A DNA stretch of 64,000 nucleotides from positions 14,136,001 through 14,200,000 of the forward strand of contig JBHGNT010000006.1 in NCBI GenBank assembly GCA_043228905.1, read 5' to 3'. This document shows positions 12,401-25,249 of this stretch, one piece after another (position 1 is the first letter of the stretch; each line of letters opens with the position of its first letter). The translations under genes were made by a program, and so were the position numbers. The DNA comes from Azolla caroliniana (taxonomy: Eukaryota > Plantae > Polypodiophyta). A model generated the notes under the pieces. That model had not been told where the DNA came from. It ran no database searches and was given only the letters and a program-made list of their open reading frames with translations.

Positions 12401-15400
12401 TATTTTTTTGTTCTAACAACGGTTCCGCTGCTGCTATTAACAGCTTTGCTCACATGGTATCAGAGCAATTAGGTCTCCATATCCTCAGCTTGGTTTTTTA
12501 CCAAAGAGCACACAAACCTATCTTCTTTTATCCCATGCTCCCACCCTTAAGAGGAGTTTTTTCTTTTCTTTGCAACCTCCCTCTCAACCCTATTGAGAAG
12601 GTTCTCTTAGTAGCCACCCTCCCAACCTGCAGAGGAGGTTCTTTTTTTTTGTTTCTCCTCATCTGAGCCTCACCTAGGGAGGAGTAGAAAGTCCTACTTA
12701 CAGCTGCTGCAAATTGTCCAGTTGTAGCTCAAGAGGAGGATATCCATGGCCTCACATGCCACCATTGTTTCATCAACCATTCCCCAACTCACCAAAGAGT
12801 CCAACTTGGATGGGAATAATTACTTGGATTGGGAACTGCAGATAAAGACCTTGCTACAGTACCATTGTCTATAGAATGTAGTCAATGGTAATGACAAGAA
12901 ACCACCGGTAACTTCATCCTCTTCAACCAAATCAGTTGCTGGCTCATCTAAAGCTGAAATTGAAGCTTGGCTAAATAAGGATTCTCATGCTCATGCATTC
13001 CTCATGTTTAATATTAAACCAAGCATCGCTCATCAATTTCAATATACATATGAAGAGACAACCAATGAACTATGGGCAGCCATAAAAAAGAGGTATCATC
13101 GAGCTAATCATGCTCAAACGATAGCTATTGAGAGCCAATTAGAAACTCTCAAGATTCATGACACTACCAACATCATGGATCAAATAACACAATTTGTTAC
13201 TCTCCGAAAGGAACTAGTTTCTTTGGGAAGCAAGTCAATTGAAGTTGAGTTTGTGCATCGTCTAATGATAAAGTTGCTTGAGACATTCTCAGCCTTTTGT
13301 GACACAATTTCTCTTCTTCCCAACACCTTATATGAATACAATTCTTGGCATGCTACAAGACAAGGCAACAAGGAAGAGAAGTGCCAAAACTTCCAATGAG
13401 ATGCTTTTACATGCGAAAAGTAAAGGCAAGTGGAAATGACAACTCCTACAACAAACCCAATCCAAGACCACCAACCAACCTAGCCTACAAGGAGCTCACT
13501 TGTCATTATTGTGGCTACAAAGGTCACATTCTGCCCGACTGTCGGAAAAAGAAAAGGGACAATGCCAAGAAATCTTCTTCTGCCGAAAGTCAACCTACAC
13601 CAAAATCAAACTCGGTCCACTCAGCCAAAGAAACAATTTTCCATAGCATTGAGGAACATTCTTCACATTTGGTTGGAACAACTACCTCAACCATTGATGA
13701 GTGGTTAGTAGACAGTGGTTCCACTGCACACATGACTTATGACAAATCCATTTTGCATGATGTGAACCTAGCTCCTCCCAAATCTTTGTAGAAGATGCCT
13801 CAAGCATGGAGGCTTTGTGTGTAGGTAATGTGTTTCTTAACACTTCTTCAAATGACAAACCTACCGTTCTTCAAGATGTGCTACATGTGCCTCACATCTC
13901 TGCCAACCTACTTTCGGTCTACTGAATCACAAAGCAAGGTTATGGAGTCTACTTTGATAGCTCAGTTTTAGAAGTCATTGACACCAACAACCTACAAATT
14001 GTAGCTAGTGGCACATAAGAAGGGGGTTTATATCACCTGAAAAGTTCCCACAACCCCTTGGAAAAATCCAAATCTCATCTTCTTCATCTTCTTCAAGGCT
14101 CTCATGCCTTGGTGGCATAAGAAGATCCCATGTTGTGGCATGCTAGGTTCGGTCACCTCAACTATGATTCTCTACAAAAGCTCTCCTCTTCACAGCTAGA
14201 TGAGGGCTTGCCTATTTTCAAAACTCCCAATACCCCATGTGTTGCTTGTCTTCATGGCAAGCAGCACCGGGAGCTTTTCCCTCATGAAGCCACTCACTGT
14301 GCAACATCTATCTTGGAGTTAGGGCACATGGATCTTTATGGTCCCATGAAAACCACTACTCTTGGTGGTGCACGCTACTTCATGCTTATCATTGATGATT
14401 TCTCTTGTAAGGTTTGGGTTTATTTTCTTATAGAGAAATCTCTAACCTTCACGAAATTTCAAGAATGGGTAGCTCTTGTGGAGAACGAGACATCAAGGAA
14501 AGTTCGAAAGATCAGGTCCGACAATGGTAGAGAGTTTATCTCCCAAGCTTTCCACCATTTCTGCTCTCAACGAGGCATTGCGTGCCAATTTTCTACACCC
14601 AATACTCCTCAACAAAATGGAGTTGTGGAAAGGAAGAACCGGACAGTCCAAGAGATGGCTTGTACAATGCTATCTCAACCTGTTCTTCCTCCCTCGTTTC
14701 GGGGTGAAGCTGTCAACACAACAGTCTACATCATCAACTGTTGGCTAACAAAAGCAGTTGCTGCGATGACCCCTGCAGAAGTATTTATAGGTGTAAGGTA
14801 TGCACTATCTCATTTTAAAGTCTTTGGTTGTGATGCTTATGTTCACATTTCAGATCATAAAACGACTAAATTTGAGTCCAAAACCAAGAAATTTGCATTT
14901 CTTGGTTACAACACACAATCGAAAGCTGGCAGGTTATGAGATTTAAAATCAAAGTTCCTAGTCATCTCTAGGGGTTTTCATTTTGTGGAGTCACCTGAGT
15001 TCACGGTTGAAATCCCAGCTCCTCCGGAATCTCTTATTTTAGACCAAGATGACTCACCTTCAAGTCCCCCATCTCCTCCTACTCAACCTCTAACTTCGCC
15101 AACAATTCAAACCTCTCCCTCAACTCCACTTGTTTCCCCTCTCTCTACGCACCAACTTTCACCACTTCCTAAGTAGCTTCAAGACACCATTCGTGATTCT
15201 CATCTCTTCGATGCTGAACTTCATGAATATACATCTAGTTCTCCGACCAACATGAAAAGAACATGTAGGTCACAACGGCCTCTTCACTCATGCAACTTTG
15301 CCTTACTGTGCATTGTTGTGCAATCACAAGAACCCACAACAACAAAAGAGGCCCTTGTTCTTCCTAAGTGGAAAGCAACAATGGAAGTTGAACTTGATTC

Positions 15401-18400
15401 CATTGCGAGGAATCATACATGGGAGCTGGTCCCATGGCCTCAACATCGCCAAGTCATTGGACTGAAATGGATTTTCAAGACCAAGTACCATGCTGATGGT
15501 ACTTTAGATAAGCACAAGGAACGTTTAGTTGCAACAGGCTACTCACAAGTGGAAGGAGTGGATTATGAGGAAACTTTTGCTCCAACAGCAAGGTACACCT
15601 CTATTCGATGTTTGCTTGCGCTTGCTGCTCACTACAAATGGCCCATCTTTCAAATGGATGTCAAGTCAGCCTTCCTTAATGTTGACTTGAAAGACGAAGT
15701 TTATGTTGAACAACCTCCACGTTTCGAGATTTCAGAGTGGAAAAACATGGTCTATAGGTTACACAAAGCCTTGTACGGCTTAAAGCAAGCTCCCAAAGCT
15801 TGGCATGACAAAATTGATACCTTCTTTCTCTCACTTGGGTTTAAGCACTGTTATGTTGACAACAATCTCTATGTCTTTTCCTAAGAAAATCTGCTATGCT
15901 TGATCATATTATATGTTGATGATCTTCTAATTACAGGGTCCTTTGCATCGAAAATCGAGGAGCTCCATGCTGACCTCAAAACCACATTCGAAATGATTGA
16001 TCTAGGATTTCTCCATTACTTCATAGGTATGGAGGTCTATCAATCACCTTGAGGCCAACATAGGTATCTTAGGCAGCTCCTTGAGACCTATGGAGGTCTA
16101 TCAATCACATGGTGGTATCTTCCTCAACCAACATAGGTATCTCAGTCAACATAGGTAGCTCCTTGAGACCTATGGCATGTCAAATTGCAGGCCACTCTCT
16201 TGTCCGATGGATCCTAACTCAAAGCTATCTCGTGAAGATGATTCTCCCATATTTGAAGATATCACCAAATATAGACGGGTAATTGGGTCTCTTCTTCCCT
16301 TAACTTATACCAGGCATGATTTTTCCTATAGCGTGAGTATTCTCAGCCAATTCTTAAGTGCTCCGAGACAAAGTCATTGGCAAGCAACTAATCGAGTTCT
16401 TAGGTACTTGGCCAACACACTCGACTATGGTCTGTCTTTTAGAGGCGGCATTGAGCTTGTTGGCTACTCGGATGTTGATTGGGCAGATGATATTGATTTT
16501 AGAATGTCCACATCTGGCTATTGTTTTACGTTAGGTTCAGGCTTGATTTTGTGTAAATCAAAGAAGCAAAACTCAGTTTCTACTTCATCAACAGAAGCTG
16601 AATATTGAGCCTACATAGATACTTGTTGTGAGTTGCTATGGTTAATGCAATTATTTTTTCACATTGGTGTTTTGCAAGACTCTCCTATTGCAGTTTTCAC
16701 TGATAGCCAAAGTGCTTGTGCCTTGGCATATAGCTCAACATTTCATGGTAGAACAAAACATATTGAAGTGCGCTACCATTTTTTTTGTGAATTATTGAAA
16801 TCACAATTCATCAACTTGGCATATTGTCCTACTCAAGAAAATGTGGCTAATTTATTTACTAAGCCACTTCCAAGGCAAGCCATTGATCAACTCCTTGGTC
16901 GACTCAATGTTGGACCACCGTTTTGGAGCTGAGAGGTGTTGGAGGGTAGCAACTCAGACTTGCACTCTCTTTCATCTTTATTATCTCTCTTCCTAGATTC
17001 TTCTCTCTCTAGAATCTGCAACACTTTAAATGCTTTCTCTCTCTTTGTTCCGATCAGTGACATTTATCCAACGTCTTTGGGAACTCCCTAAATGAAGGTA
17101 CCCAAGGTTGGCACTTATGTCATCAAGACAACTGGCTGAAAATGGAGACACTCATTGTTGGTATTCTGAAATGCAGCAATGGTTCGAGTCACATTGCATG
17201 AGTATAAATGCACTACCCCCGTTCCAATATAGCTTGGACTGTGCCCATCTAAATATGACCAAAATGGAAAAGAACAAAGTGATCTGAACTGATATTATTA
17301 ACTTGGAAAACAAGATAACATGGATCAGCCCCAAAATACCACTTGGTACAAGATGGCCCACTATAAGACGCTTCTTACATACATCGGAGGATGGATTTGT
17401 TATCAGGCCACCTTATATGGACATACATCTATCCTATGCGTTGCGTAGTGTGATAGGCCAACTGTGAACTTTATCACATCAGCTACAGATTGAGGTAGGC
17501 AGATATACACGACTACCTCTAGAAGAGAGAATTTGCCAATTGTGTCATCAAGGAGTGGAATCTGAGGAACACTATGTTTGTCATTGTAGTGTCTTTTATG
17601 AAATTAGAGGGAGATACCATTGCCTCATTAAACAAGGCTTTGGCCCACTACGCAAGGTAATGGAATATAAGGACCAACGATGCCTATGACTTTTCTTGCT
17701 AGAGCTCAAGAGACACCGGGAAACGTTGTTGAAGAATACAACCACACAAGCTCATCCACAAAGAACAATCACAACTTTCTTTAGCCCCATCACTCCTACT
17801 AATGCTACAAGTTCATCACGGGATACACAAATGGGCCCCAGGCTAGGACATAACAAAGGGGTTACAATTGATCGGGCAATAGCAATTTGCCGTGCACGTA
17901 GGCCCTGATCCCATGGACCACGACTCGACACCCTTGTCATCGACATATAAAAGCCATTATCTCCCGCCATTGTTGGTGATTCCCTCGCTTCGGAGGCATT
18001 TCCATTTTGGATCGACCTATGCTAGAGATCTTTCAAAGACAAAAGCTACAATATACCGAACTTGAGAATCTCACATGTGCCAAAAACCAGATTCCCTCGT
18101 TTCTTCTTTTTTCATCTTATTTACTTTTATATTTACTGTGTAATACTTATTTTATTTTGATTTGTTCTCAGAGACGAGAAAACACTCAAGATGTAATCTC
18201 TTATTTGGTCTTATAGGCCATTTTGGCCTCTTAAAAGACGTCAATATGTCTTTCTTTCTTTCTCTAGAATCTGCAACACTTTAAATGCCTTTTGTCTCTT
18301 CCACTTTTTCCAAGATATTCCCTCTTATTCCTAGTTTATTGTACCTGTTTGGTAGTAGAAGAGTCACTAACTACCAAACAACCATTTCACCCAGTTTTGT

Positions 18401-21400
18401 ATAAATAGGCTGTACCAGCCTCTTTTGTAAAGACTTTATTTTTGCTGCTACTAAAAAACAAGCTCTACTCTTTGCAACCATGTTTGGTACTGTTGTCTAA
18501 CAGCCTTCTCACAGCTTGGCTGTGTCTATTTGGTTCCAACAACTGTTCCGTTGTTGCTATTAATAGCTTTTCTCATATAGGCAAGGTTCAGATGAGGGGA
18601 AAAAAAAGAACCTCCTTTGTAGGTTGGGAGGGTGGCTGCTAAGAGAACCTCCTCTTTAGGGTTGGGAGGGGGGCTGCAAAGAAAATAAAAAACTCCTCTT
18701 AAGGGTAGGATAAAAGAAGATAGGTCAGTGTGCTCTTTGGCTGAGGATATGGAGACCTCACTGCTCTGATACCATGTGAGAAAAGCTGTTAATAGCAGGA
18801 ACGGAACTGTTGGTAGTATTGAAAAATGAGATAAATGAAGATAGGTCTGTGTGCTCTTGGCAAAAATCAGGCTGAGGATATTGAGGGGGGCTGCAAAGAA
18901 AATAAAAAACTGCTCTTGAGGGTGGGATAAAAGAAGATGGTCTGTGTGCTCTTTGGCAAAAAAAACAGGCTGAGGATATGGAGACCTCATTGCTCTGATA
19001 CCATGTGAGAAAAGCTGTTAATAGCAGCAACGGAACAGTTGTACCTTCAATTGGGCAATTTCTCCTTTATTGTTACCTGTGATAATTATATCATCCTCAT
19101 ACACAAGTAATGTAGTATGCTCCTTGTCTTGTCGGAAAAACATTGTATGGCCTGCTTTAATCTGTTGGTATCCCATACCCACCGTAGCCCTTCTTAACTT
19201 GTCGAACTAGGCTCGAGGAGATTGCTTTAGTCCATAAGTGACTTCCTTAGTCTGCAAACCTTGCCTACTGTTTGAATTGTATCAAAACTTGGGGGGATAT
19301 CCATGTACACTTCCTCCATCAACTCTCCATGAAGGAATGCATTTTTTACATCTAATTGATGTAATTTCCAATCCTTATTCACTACTAAGGAAATAAGCGT
19401 TCTAACAGTGCTCATATTCACTACAAGTGCAAAAGTTTCATCATAATCAATGCCATATGTTTATCTATATCCTTTAGCTACTAATCATGGTTTGTAACGA
19501 TCTATTTTGCCCTTTGGGGTTTGTTTTATTGTAAACACCCATTTGCACCCAACTGCCTTCTTTCCTGGTGGTAGTAATACAATCTCCCAAGTTTTGTTCT
19601 TCTCAAGAACTCCGAGTTCTTCTTGCATAGCTGCTTTCCACTTTGGATCTTCTTTAGCAACCTGCCAACACTTGGGTAAAGTGACGGTACAACACAAGAG
19701 GTCTATACCAACTATAGGTTGTGTTGTACCGTCAACAGTTTGAATGCTCTCTGGTATTGCTAAGCGAGTATATGAAGAGAATTTGCTAGCATTGCCTGTT
19801 ACATGCCTAGATGCACCAGAATCAGTTATCGATTCTGGTGTATAGGCAAGACTATGTGTGTTACTAGTAACTTTGGTCGAAGAAGCATAGGTAGCAACGT
19901 TACCCCTTGGCATGAATGCGGCGCTTTGATTCCTCCTAAGTTTTTCTAAGAGAGCTTGATACCCTTTGGTGAACACCACCTTAGCTCCGTTCTCTTCTTC
20001 TGCTACCATCAGGTTTGCTTGGTGACCTCTTCCACCTCTTCGGCCCCCACGACCACGACCTCTAGTTTGTCCACACCCTCCATATTCTAGAAGTCAAGGT
20101 GGTGGTTGTGTTTCCATCACACCTCTAGACGCTACAGTCTCATCCTGCTTCATGTATTTCACCAAAGTTTTCACATGATCCTCGTTCAATTTTGACAACA
20201 CCTCATCCATCCTCTCAACCTAGACTATCTCTTCTCAGCTCTTCTAACTTCTTTTTTGAAGTCACCTCTCATTCACATAGCACTGTCATCCTAGAAGGAG
20301 AAGTCTCCCTTTCCTCTCTTGGATGCTAGGATAGTGCTGTTCCGATCACTGTTACAATAGCAGAGGGATGGATCTAGGGTTTGGCAGAGGGGAGGATCTA
20401 GGGTTTTGTAGAGGGGCTGATCTAGGCTTTGATACCATATTGAAAAATGAGAAAAGCACCTTTATTCTCAAGAATATACATATATCTCACAACAGGAGAC
20501 GGAAAAACACAGAGATCACTTTTTACATGAGGAGAAGGTCCCTCTTAAAGGCCAAGATCTGGCTGTTGGGATAACTAGCTGTTGGGGCTGGCTAGCTGTT
20601 TCGGCTATAACTTTAATCATTCTCAACAGATAGGACAAAAAATAGACACAGCCAAGCCGTGAGAAGGCTGAGTAGCAAAAATGGTTGCAAAGAGTAGAGA
20701 CACAACCAAAGAGTAGAGCTTCTTTGCAAGTATCAGCAAAAGTAAAGTCTTTACAAAAGAGGCTGGTATAGCCTATTTATACAAAATTAAGGAACGTGGG
20801 TGAAATGGTTGTTTGTTAATTAAGTGACTCTTGTACTATTGAACAGGTACAATAAACTAGGAATAAGAGGGAATATCTTGGAAAAAGTGGAAGAGAGCAA
20901 AGGCATTTAAAGCGTTGCAGATTCTAGAGAGAGAAGGCATTTAAAGAGTTGTAGATTCTAGAGAGAGAAGGCATTTAAAGAGTTGCAGATTTTAGAGAGA
21001 GAAGAATCTAGGAAGAGAGAGAATGTAGAAGAGAGATAATAAAGATGAAAGAGAGTGCAGGTCTAGAGCTGCCACCCTCCAACATGGAGGTTACGGAGAT
21101 CACACAGCTTTGATACCATGTGAGCAAACTGTTATGAATAGTGATAAAATGCCAAAGAAGCTAGCAACACCTTAAAAATAAGCGAAAACAAGAACTATAT
21201 TTCTTCGCGACACTCAAAACCTTTAAATACAAAAATGAGAGTGGTTTTTGTAACCTGTGCATTTATGAAAGGAGATCAAATATTCCTAGGTATGTAATGA
21301 GTTTAAGTAGTGGAGTGGAGAGAAAAGAAACAATGCATTAAATGCTATAATGAAGTAGTGGCAGGTTTTAAATGTCAACTGGAATAATTGCTGGAATAAA

Positions 21401-24119
21401 GTAAATGTAGAGAGAGAAAATGTGCATGGTTAGATTGTAGAAGGGAGAGATCAGTTCTGGGGCTCTTATTCTCTAACAAATACTTCCCACAGCTTTAAAA
21501 GGATATGAAAAGAAGTGTAACCCCTACCTTCTTTCCTAGTCCTGAATTATCTTCATGTAACGTACATTACAAAACTAAAAAAGAGCATGTAAATTGCAAT
21601 CATGGAGCTGATCAGTGTATCAATATCCAAAAGTTCCCTTGCGATATTTGTGCTTTGAGAGTGAGAGAAATGGCATGTCATTAAAGTAAGCTGGATAAGA
21701 AGATGCGAAACTAGAGAACACAGGTGTTTAAAATCTGATCAAAATAGCTTTTGGTTAGCCACAAATGCATCCTTACTTCGTTCTCCAATTTCCATAGGGA
21801 AGAAATCATACAGTCATAAAAACCATAGCCCTGCATGGCTTCTACAGCTGTGAAATATGAGCAAAAAATAGAAGCAAGAGAAGATCCGTGATTGTTATCA
21901 AGTTATGCAAAATTATCAGGAGCCGCCGAGTTGTTCTGGAAGGCCTTAGATTGGCGCAGATAGTAAAAGTCGAACCCTCTAATCAAACCTTGGGTAGAAG
22001 TTAAATGTTAACATTCATGGAATAAGTTTAAACTTTAATCCTAGGATCTTGGTGAAGAGTCAAAAGCAAGTTCAAAACTTCCATTTAATGAAAGTTTAAA
22101 CTCTAGTATGTCAGTAATTTATTAGCCATGATATTGCATCCACAGTTATTTGACGTGTCCTTTCCATCCAATCTTGTTCAACATGCCCGTTTTATCCCAG
22201 GCTTGGGCTAATGTGTTCAACACTGCTCAAAATGTTCTAAGGCACACTAGGATTCCCAAATTTCTTATGATATTCAAGTTATAAATTGCTAAGTCTGAGC
22301 ATTCTCAACGAAAATGTTGTTTAAAAAGCAACAGTTTTAGGTTCTGCGTAAGGAAAGGCATTCTGCAAGTGACAATTTGGAGCCGTATAAGACGATTGTG
22401 AATTTATTTGTGAATGCTGCAAACTGGAGAAAAGTTTCTGGGGATATGGTGTAAGAGGGATGGAAAATGAGAAGGAGAAGAAAGAGGTGAAGATGAAGAA
22501 AAGGAAAAGAAGAAGATGAAAAGTAAATAAACAAGAAATAATAAGAGGATGGAGAGAAACAAGTAGACATGCTACTTGGGCATGAATGTAATTATTGGGA
22601 AAGCAGAAGTTCAGAACAATTAAAATCAGGGAATCTACCCTTGACTGCCACCATTTCTCAGACCTGTTGGTGTGTTTGAAATGCATATATATTACTTTTG
22701 TCTGATTGCCTCATTTGCTTTTAATTCTTCTTGGCAGTTGATGGATATCAACGAGAGTCCAATCTATATGATTTTGAACCCAACCATTAATCATGCTCGA
22801 AAAGATCTGCCAATAACTATATATGAAAGTGGTAAGTACCAAAGTATCTCAGAGGATTTTGTTGCTAATATGTATGTTCTGAAGTAATAGGATCATTAAC
22901 TTTTCTCCTTACAGAGTTACATGTGATTGATGGTGTGCCATCACTGATTTTTGTGCAGTCAAGCTATACTATAGAGGTATGTTTTACATACATGGATTGT
23001 GAAATTTGGTTAAAGTTTAAATTCTTTTTAAAATTTTAGAGGTTTATCAAATAGACAGTTGAGGCTGAACGCATCACTGTAGATCATGTTGCACATATAA
23101 AGCCTTCTGATGGAAGCTCCACTGCCACCCAGTGTAAGCTTTGTTTTTTATTTTGTAATTCACATTCCATTTTTGTTTTTGGTTATGTTGAACCGATGCA
23201 GTTCTTTTCCAACAGTGGCAGCTCATTTGACAACCATCCACAGTGCAGTTAAGATGCTTAACTCTAGAATGCGGGTTCTTCACCATTATCTTGTTTCAAT
23301 ACAAAAGGGTATGTTGTTTTCTTTTCATAACAGGTTAAATATCTATGGATAAACCTCAAATACTCATAGTTAAGGATAACAAATTGCAGTAATGTTCTTA
23401 ATCTTGAATGTGCTTGCGATTGGTTATGCTCAATAGGAATGATGAGTAGTTACTATTCTTAGTAAAAGCTGATGGCTCTCCAAGGATACTTATCCCAAGA
23501 AAAAGGGCCACAAATATGTGTACTTGTAAAAAATATTACTAGTGGCAAATTGGCAATGCTGTAATCAGTTTGTGTAATAGAGTAATATTCTTGGTATATT
23601 ATCTGAGTTTGGTTTTGAACTCAATTTATGATTTGGAACAACATATTTCATTCCTGCAAAATACTAAATATTTTGATCTCTCTTTTTTGACACAGGGGAG
23701 GTTCCATATGATTATTCGCTTCTTCGGGAAGTCTCAAGCCTCTTGCGAAGATTGCCCGCTGTAGACTCATCAAAATTTCAAGAGAATTTTCTGATGGTAT
23801 GGTTGTAAGATACACCCTGATTCTCTCTGGAGAAGATGGGTGCCTATCATCAATTGATGCAAACTGTATTTTCTTGCCCTATGTTTTGCAGGAGTACAAT
23901 GACACACTTATGATGACGTACCTTGCCACACTTACGAAGTGCTCCAGGTAGTAATCCATTATCATTGATGAACTCAATAGTGTTAATTTTATTCTAAATT
24001 TTCTATTAAAAAATGGTTTCTTTGTTTTCTCTGGCAGCACCATCAATGAATTTGTTGAGAAATTCAACACAGCATATGATAGGCAAGCTAGAAGAGGAGG
24101 AAGGGCAGCCTTCATATAA
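6233..24119 (+). CDS. CSN6: COP9 signalosome complex subunit 6 (MPN domain), 9 exons, 302 aa
   Basis: Exons 6233-6485, 11308-11396, 22738-22831, 22915-22976, 23055-23133, 23216-23308, 23696-23796, 23892-23947, 24038-24119. All introns are GT-AG with consistent phases, giving 909 nt. Protein MSSSSGLTFKLHPLVIVNVSDHHTR...GRTVEIFTSFEL...YKKVFP..ILGWYSTG...LMDINESP...TVEAERITVDHVA...HSAVKMLNSR...EYNDTLMMTYLA...RRGGRAAFI matches plant CSN6. Confidence 0.97.
8480..9916 (+). mobile_element. 5'-truncated LINE (RTE-X/L2-like ORF2 C-terminus) in CSN6 intron 1, copy A
   Basis: LFDTLVTPTLAYGVETWG (post-RT region), SSHQLEIE...EERICQLCHQGVESEEHYVCH zinc finger; 3' end ggcctcttaaaagacgttaatata(tctt)n. Confidence 0.85.
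9924..11255 (+). mobile_element. 5'-truncated LINE, same family, copy B, head-to-tail with copy A
   Basis: Colinear similarity to copy A, including zinc finger, 3' UTR and (TCTT)n tail; ends about 50 bp before the exon 2 acceptor. Confidence 0.85.
11308..11396 (+). CDS. CSN6: CSN6 exon 2
   Basis: tttccAG acceptor; YKKVFPKYDILGWYSTGSDIQETDMQIHKT; GTAAG donor. Confidence 0.95.
12094..12146 (+). mobile_element. About 53-bp extreme 3' fragment of the (TCTT)n-tailed LINE inserted in the copia 5' LTR
   Basis: ttataggccatttggcctcttaaaagacgttaatata(tctt)n, flanked by duplicated tctttttc (12086-12093 and 12147-12154); absent from the sister LTR. Confidence 0.85.
17046..18262 (+). mobile_element. 5'-truncated LINE, same family, copy C, inserted in the copia 3' LTR
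   Basis: Colinear with copy A (EERICQLCHQGVESEEHYVCHC, same 3' UTR and tail); LTR sequence resumes at tctagaatctgcaac. Confidence 0.9.
18578..21084 (-). mobile_element. Inverted 5' end (LTR + PBS + leader) of a second copy of the intron-2 copia family, interrupted and partly duplicated
   Basis: 18578-18774 is the reverse complement of the 12455-12680 leader and PBS. The LTR runs 18775-18816 and 20629-21084 (ends ccctccaaca). A further leader/PBS duplicate lies at about 18832-19043. Confidence 0.85.
18817..20628 (-). mobile_element. Heavily deleted copia element of another family nested in that LTR
   Basis: LTR 20438-20628; LTR-end stub tattgaaaaatgaga at 18817; PBS at 20427-20437 (-); TSD ggtag/gatag (4 of 5 match); fragments ITDSGASRHVTG, KAVGCKWVF, QLDVKNAFLHG. 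Confidence 0.8.
21107..21478 (-). repeat. LTR plus PBS remnant of a third copia-type element
   Basis: Minus strand TGTTAGAG...CTCACA (21478 to 21119) followed by TGGTATCAAAGC. Confidence 0.6.
22738..22831 (+). CDS. CSN6: CSN6 exon 3
   Basis: LMDINESPIYMILNPTINHARKDLPITIYES; AG/GTAAG borders. Confidence 0.95.
22915..22976 (+). CDS. CSN6: CSN6 exon 4
   Basis: ELHVIDGVPSLIFVQSSYTIE; AG/GTATG borders. Confidence 0.95.
23055..23133 (+). CDS. CSN6: CSN6 exon 5
   Basis: TVEAERITVDHVAHIKPSDGSSTATQ; AG/GTAAG borders. Confidence 0.95.
23216..23308 (+). CDS. CSN6: CSN6 exon 6
   Basis: LAAHLTTIHSAVKMLNSRMRVLHHYLVSIQK; AG/GTATG borders. Confidence 0.95.
23696..23796 (+). CDS. CSN6: CSN6 exon 7
   Basis: GEVPYDYSLLREVSSLLRRLPAVDSSKFQENFLM; AG/GTATG borders. 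Confidence 0.95.
23892..23947 (+). CDS. CSN6: CSN6 exon 8
   Basis: EYNDTLMMTYLATLTKCS; AG/GTAGT borders. Confidence 0.95.
24038..24119 (+). CDS. CSN6: CSN6 exon 9
   Basis: STINEFVEKFNTAYDRQARRGGRAAFI then TAA at 24117-24119. Confidence 0.95.
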
Positions 24120-24908
24120 GAACTCAAAAACAATTTAAGCGAGAGACTGTACAGTCACGAGGTGTTTTGTTGGTGGAGGGAGGTTATTTTTGTCACCATT
24201 ATTCATAAATGAGACCATAGTAAGAAACATTTCTCCTTGTGGCATAAGTCCTGGCACTGCTATACATGCTTCTTAACTAGTCTTTATGAGCAGTTCATTA
24301 ATATGGTAGAAAGTTGAATTTCAATTGTCTTTCATGGAGTATTATGACATGAGGGTGCCCCTCCCATCACACAAGTTATATTTACTGGTTTATATGGGAT
24401 GCAACAGAAAGATAGAACATGGGCCATGTAGTATCTCATCCATACTGCCAAAAAACCACAATCAAAGACATCATCTAAGGAAGCCTCATAGGTTATCAAA
24501 TCATGTAAGATTCATTTTGTTTTCTGTAGATCCTGATGGTGATCTCTAATGTTTGTGATGCAATCTTATTTATTATGCTTAGCAGAATCTAGATATCTTA
24601 TTCTCTTCAGAAGCACAAGATTGATTGTGTGGGATTAAATTCAGTAAGATGTATAATATGTGCTCGTGAATACAAAAGTTAATGATTTTCTTTTCCGCTT
24701 TAGTGAATAAGCTAATGAAACTCATCTCTACAAATTTATTTAGATAACGATGGAATAATCAATTTGTCCCTATTGCAATGCATTTACCTAATCCAAAAGA
24801 TGGAATATACATTTTCATGGATTTTGGTTGGTAGATTTAATTTAATAAAAATCTTGTACGATCCCCCCAAGAAAATGTCCTCTCTCAAACCTTTCCATGC
24901 AATTCTTT

Positions 24909-25220
24909 ATCATCCAACGAATTGAAGTACTGAAATATGTTGGCTTGTAGAATCCAAGTAATTAAGTGCATACATTAGAAAGTTGTTTCTATAGCTATGT
25001 ATAGCTTTCACAATCATCCAACGAATTGAAGTACTGAAATATGTTGGCTTGTAGAATCCAAGTAATTAAGTGCATACATTAGAAAGTTGTTTCTATAGCT
25101 ATGTATAGCTTTCACAATCATCCAACGAATTGAAGTACTGAAATATGTTGGCTTGTAGAATCCAAGTAATTAAGTGCATACATTGGAAAGTTGTTTCTAT
25201 AGCTCTGTGTAACTTTCACA
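24909..25220. repeat. Tandem repeat, 3 x 104 bp
   Basis: atcatccaacgaattgaagtactg... starts at 24909, 25013 and 25117; copies nearly identical. Confidence 0.95.
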
Positions 25221-25249
25221 TGCACAATTTGCAATGTAATCAATTTGAG

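Larger units (their letters stand above)
11924..18577 (+). mobile_element. Ty1/copia LTR retrotransposon, degenerate, in CSN6 intron 2
   Basis: 5' LTR 11924-12454; PBS TGGTATCAGAGC 12455-12466; gag zinc knuckle CHYCGYKGHILPDC; protease WLVDSG; integrase (IIDDFS, IRSDNGREF, QQNGVVERKN); RT ([17 protein letters not shown]); RNase H (RTKHIEVRYHF); 3' LTR 16937-18577 interrupted by a LINE. Many stops and frameshifts; no matching TSD. Confidence 0.93.
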
